Positions 61,302 to 64,000 of a stretch of DNA of 64,000 nt are shown one piece after another. Each line of letters opens with the position of its first letter. Positions within the stretch are counted from its first letter, which is position 1. The notes beneath the pieces are model-generated. The model searched no databases. It was given only the letters and a program-made list of their open reading frames with translations, and had not been told where the DNA came from. The position numbers and the translations under genes were made by a program. The stretch comes from a virus. The DNA lies in the IMG/VR virus record IMGVR_UViG_3300003872_000001, positions 43,323 through 107,322 of that record; one strand, given 5' to 3'.

Positions 61302-62336
61302 ATGGAATCTAGAGTTAAAGGCGTTTATAAGTTAGTGAGGTATGGACAGGAATATAATTTAATATACGATCGTCCGTATCTAAATGTCCCAGAAAAAATT
61401 TATGGTAAAAGTGCTAAATATGCTGCTCATTTCTTTAATACATTTTTAGTATCTAAAGAATCTTGTGGCGCTATGTTAATAGGAGCTAAAGGTTCTGGTA
61501 AAACTGAGTTGAGTAATATGATAGGTAATATTGCTATTAATCATGGCCTATATGTAGTTGAAGTTACTAATATACAACCAACTATTTCTATAATCAATTA
61601 CTTAGATAGCTTGACAGATTGTGTCGTCATTTTTGATGAATTTGGTAAAGTCTTTCTAACAAGTTTACAAGATAAAATGTTAACTATGTTTAGTAATACA
61701 TTTAATAAAAAATTCTTTGTAATAACGGATAATGATTCATATAGGATTTCTAGTTTATTAATAGACAGACCAGGTCGCATACGGTACCATTTGGATATGA
61801 ATAGAGTAGAAGAAGATGTAGTAGTGGAGTATTGTGATGACAAAGGAGTTTCGAAACAATTCTTAAATGAACTTTTAGGCATATATAGATCAAGTACTAT
61901 ATTTAGCTTTGATCATCTTAAAGCATTAGTTAGTGAACATTTAATAGACACAAGTATACCCATAGAAGATATAATTAAAATATTAAATGTGAAAATTTTA
62001 GGTAAGAAAGTTGTTCTAGTAGCTGTAAAACTAGTACTTGATGATGATACCAAGTTAACAGATGAGAATAATGATGAATATGTAATAACATCTAATAATA
62101 CTATAGAAAGGACTCAATTTAATAGTAATGGTCGTTATTATATAAATTGGAAGAAAGTTAGTAAAGTTAGTGATGGAACAACACAGCCAACGGAACCCGC
62201 TTTTACAAGAGAGTCCAGCTCGATGGGAACACTGTATATTACGAATGAAGATGTGATAGATATAGATGAAAGTAATAGAAAGATTATTTGTAAAAAGGAT
62301 AATTTTAAAATTACATTAGAAATCAAAGATGTATAA
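61302..62336 (+). CDS. AAA+ ATPase
   Basis: GAKGSGKT Walker A, VIFDEFGK Walker B, DRPGRIRY arginine finger. Confidence 0.85.
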   Translation: MESRVKGVYKLVRYGQEYNLIYDRPYLNVPEKIYGKSAKYAAHFFNTFLVSKESCGAMLIGAKGSGKTELSNMIGNIAINHGLYVVEVTNIQPTISIINYLDSLTDCVVIFDEFGKVFLTSLQDKMLTMFSNTFNKKFFVITDNDSYRISSLLIDRPGRIRYHLDMNRVEEDVVVEYCDDKGVSKQFLNELLGIYRSSTIFSFDHLKALVSEHLIDTSIPIEDIIKILNVKILGKKVVLVAVKLVLDDDTKLTDENNDEYVITSNNTIERTQFNSNGRYYINWKKVSKVSDGTTQPTEPAFTRESSSMGTLYITNEDVIDIDESNRKIICKKDNFKITLEIKDV

Positions 62337-62343
62337 CTAGTAT

Positions 62344-62373
62344 TACTATAGTAGCTCACAGGCTACTATAGTA
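62344..62373. terminator. Bidirectional terminator
   Basis: tactatagtagc-tcacag-gctactatagta followed by a T-run. Confidence 0.75.
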
Positions 62374-62383
62374 GTATTTTTTT

Positions 62384-62921
62384 TTATTTTTTAATGGGAG
62401 CTGGTGTGCCTATCGGTCTAGGTACTTTTGGAAATTTTTTAGCTTTAGTAGCTGGTTTGATAGTTTCTTTTGGTTCAGCTTTTTCTTCTGATTTAGCTTT
62501 AGTAGCTGGCTTAGCTTTTTCTTCTGATTCAGCTGGCACAGTTTTAGTAACTGGTTTAGTAGCTGGCTTAGCTTTTTCTTCTGATTCAGCTGGCACAGTT
62601 TTAGTAACTGGTTTAGTAGCTGGCTTAGCTTTTTTCAGCTTTAGTAGCTGATTTAACTTCGGAATTTAATTTCCGTTTTAACATTAATACCTGTTCCTTT
62701 AATGTACTTATATCATTTTTGTATTCAGCAATACTAGCTTCTAGTTCTTGAATTTTGTCATCCTTTATTTTTACTGCATCATTATTATTATTAGTAAGTC
62801 TAGTTATAGTTTTTTCTAAACTAAGTATAGTGTCATTTAGATAATGTACACATGTAGCTCCGTATGACTTACTGAATAATTTTAAGATCTTTTTATGTAG
62901 TGAAAGTGGTGCGCACTTCAT
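62384..62921 (-). CDS. Coiled-coil protein with Lys/Ala/Pro-rich repeat tail, split by a one-base frameshift at 62630-62635
   Basis: ORF 62625-62921 stops right after an A6 run. Removing one A gives ...AEKAKPATKPVTK..., in frame with ORF 62384-62596. Confidence 0.6.
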
Positions 62922-63112
62922 TATTACTCCTTAGATTTATTTATCAAATAATAGTAATGTACTAGAAAAGGTACCATAGACGAAATAGATAAAACTTATA
63001 AAGTACGTAATATTATGAGTGGTAATAACCATATCTTAAATTAAATGTGCAAGCCCGTACATTCTAGTAATACTAGTGAATCTAGTAATACTAGTGAATC
63101 AGAGGAGAACAA

Positions 63113-63838
63113 ATGAGTGATACAACTAACGATATTTTGGCTTTAATGGAATCAGACGACAAACCATTTTCGGAACATACTACAACTAGTAGTAAGAAAG
63201 AAGATGATACTGATAATAAAGGTAAAAAGATAGATTTATGGAAAGATACGGATATTCCTAAAGTTAAAATCAATCCAGATACTATACATAAAGTGGATAA
63301 AAGTTATGCGATCTTTATACATAAACCAGAAACTGGTATACCTAAAGAGATCGGCGAGAAATTAAAAGAACTAACCAAAGCTCTTGCTACAAAAGGTTTT
63401 ATATTTAGATATAATGGTGATAATGAACCAATATTTAAAAGTATCTTGGATGCTGACAATATTATTGTTGATACATATTTACCATGGAAAAAGTTTAATA
63501 CTGATGCACCTAATATAAAAATGGTACGACCAGTCGAAATAGCTTATAAGCATGCTTCATATTATCATAAAGGCTTCCCAAAACTTCCTAATAATGTTAG
63601 GACTATATTAGCTAGAGATGTACATGTACTGCTCGGCGAAGATTGCCGACGTGCCGTTTCATTTATGATAGCATATACACCTGACGGATGTGAAAGTAAA
63701 AGTAAGATAGATTTTAAAACTACAGGAAATGTTTCTTTTCCTATAACAATAGCAGAAGAAGTTAATATCCCGGTATTCAATATTAAAAATGCAGATGCAA
63801 TTAATAGATTAATTGAATATCTTAAAACATTAAACTAG
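63113..63838 (+). CDS. DprA/SLOG-like protein
   Basis: YLPWKKFN, RDVHVLLG, IAYTPDG and IA....IPVFNI motifs of phage DprA-like proteins. Confidence 0.65.
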   Translation: MSDTTNDILALMESDDKPFSEHTTTSSKKEDDTDNKGKKIDLWKDTDIPKVKINPDTIHKVDKSYAIFIHKPETGIPKEIGEKLKELTKALATKGFIFRYNGDNEPIFKSILDADNIIVDTYLPWKKFNTDAPNIKMVRPVEIAYKHASYYHKGFPKLPNNVRTILARDVHVLLGEDCRRAVSFMIAYTPDGCESKSKIDFKTTGNVSFPITIAEEVNIPVFNIKNADAINRLIEYLKTLN

Positions 63839-63847
63839 GAGTTATTT

Positions 63848-64000
63848 ATGGATACAAATACAACCACTGTTGCTACACCAACTAAACCTGCTGCTCCAGT
63901 AACACCAACTGTTGCTACACCAACTAAACCTGCTGCTCCAGTAACACCAACTGTTGCTACACCAACTAAACCTGCTGCTCCAGTAACACCAACTGTTGCT
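63848..64000 (+). CDS. Pro/Thr/Ala-rich repeat protein, 3'-truncated
   Basis: AGGAG RBS; perfect 42-bp repeats encoding TVATPTKPAAPVTP. Confidence 0.65.
   Translation, partial: MDTNTTTVATPTKPAAPVTPTVATPTKPAAPVTPTVATPTKPAAPVTPTVA
63866..64000 (+). repeat. 42-bp perfect tandem repeat, at least 3.2 copies
   Basis: actgttgctacaccaactaaacctgctgctccagtaacacca at 63866, 63908 and 63950, partial at 63992. Confidence 0.9.

Noticed and set aside
63866-64000. CRISPR array
   Set aside because: Repeats are head-to-tail with no spacers and lie in frame within a CDS.
1-64000. Alternative genetic code (stop-codon reassignment)
   Set aside because: Core genes are full-length in the standard code, all three stop codons are used, and the RNAP interruptions are explained by introns.

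Overview
AT-rich 64-kb segment of a phiKZ-like (Chimalliviridae-type) jumbo myophage. It contains a portal, virion RNA polymerase subunits (gp149-, gp178- and gp180-like), UvsX/RecA, RNase H, RuvC, an SbcC ATPase, prohead protease, tail sheath, tail tube, tape measure and spike proteins, a PhuZ tubulin and the polymerase half of a split family-B DNA polymerase. A Campylobacter-type dimeric dUTPase hints at a Campylobacterota host. Both large virion-RNAP genes are interrupted by closely related group I introns. One (26818-28804, carrying an HNH homing endonuclease) splits the catalytic DFDG|D motif; the other (32285-32818) has no ORF. The most novel-looking element is an unannotated ~300-nt structured intergenic RNA (about 41020-41320) that reuses two peripheral domains of those introns with compensatory base changes but lacks the group I catalytic core. 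Other observations: an orphan IS200/IS605 right-end/omega-RNA-like remnant, a four-copy promoter motif, a family of palindromic terminators, a direct-repeat-flanked frameshifted ankyrin cassette, and a homopolymer-frameshifted Lys/Ala/Pro-rich protein. phiKZ gp numbers are from recalled motifs and synteny, not from a database search.
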